Source: Chloroflexota bacterium (GTDB taxonomy: Bacteria; Chloroflexota; Dehalococcoidia; Lucifugimonadales; UBA3495). From it: DNA of 64,000 nt. The first letter of the stretch is position 1; each line of letters starts with the position of its first letter. The DNA is taken from assembly GCA_027623815.1 (NCBI GenBank), contig JAQBUV010000002.1:16633-80632 (forward strand). Reading direction: 5' to 3'. This document shows, in pieces, positions 63,999 to 64,000 of this stretch. The notes under the pieces were generated by a model. That model was given only the letters and a program-made list of their open reading frames with translations. It was not told the origin of the DNA and ran no database searches. The position numbers and the translations under genes were made by a program.

Positions 63999-64000
63999 AA

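Overview
This is a 64 kb window of high-GC bacterial chromosome. Gene content and order look Chloroflexota-like, but that is an inference I cannot verify here. There are no rRNA genes, CRISPR arrays, transposases or integrases.

Layout:
- nt 1-36,200: mixed housekeeping and catabolic genes. These include a uvrC 3' fragment, mgtE, an aldehyde dehydrogenase, argH-rpe, rpmB, two acyl-CoA dehydrogenases, an LLM flavin oxidoreductase, pncB, a fused EtfB-EtfA, phosphoglucomutase and a CcdA-like protein.
- Also in this part: a SAM-I riboswitch operon that carries the whole methyl cycle (mtnA-mtnP-rhodanese-ahcY-metK).
- nt 36,243-57,921: one long minus-strand ribosomal supercluster, running rpsL-rpsG-fusA-S10-spc-alpha-truA-rplM-rpsI. 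I recovered rpmJ by hand because it falls below the ORF-track size cutoff.
- nt 58,074-63,104: a TPP-riboswitch-controlled thiZ-thiX-thiY-GYD-tenA-thiD pyrimidine salvage operon.
- Window end: a glycine-zipper membrane protein, possibly truncated.

Most interesting observations:
1. A low-GC islet next to tRNA-Ala(GGC) and a degenerate tRNA-like copy. It encodes a ribbon-helix-helix protein followed by a 251-aa protein with a C-terminal Rx4H (HEPN-like) motif, a candidate novel toxin/defence pair.
2. A low-GC VRR-NUC nuclease plus small membrane protein cassette wedged between adk and map inside the conserved ribosomal operon.
3. A GrdB/PrdB-family reductase with an in-frame UGA (UxxC) that the ORF track splits into two ORFs.
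4. A tightly coupled basic/acidic two-gene cassette of unknown function.
5. Ribosomal oddities: uL5 has a ~115-aa repeat-containing N-terminal extension, uL24 carries four Cys, and a 266-bp AT-rich spacer separates rpmD from rplO.
6. Several perfect 12-16 bp tandem duplications lying just upstream of gene starts.

All functional calls come from reading the translations and motifs by eye. No database search was run.
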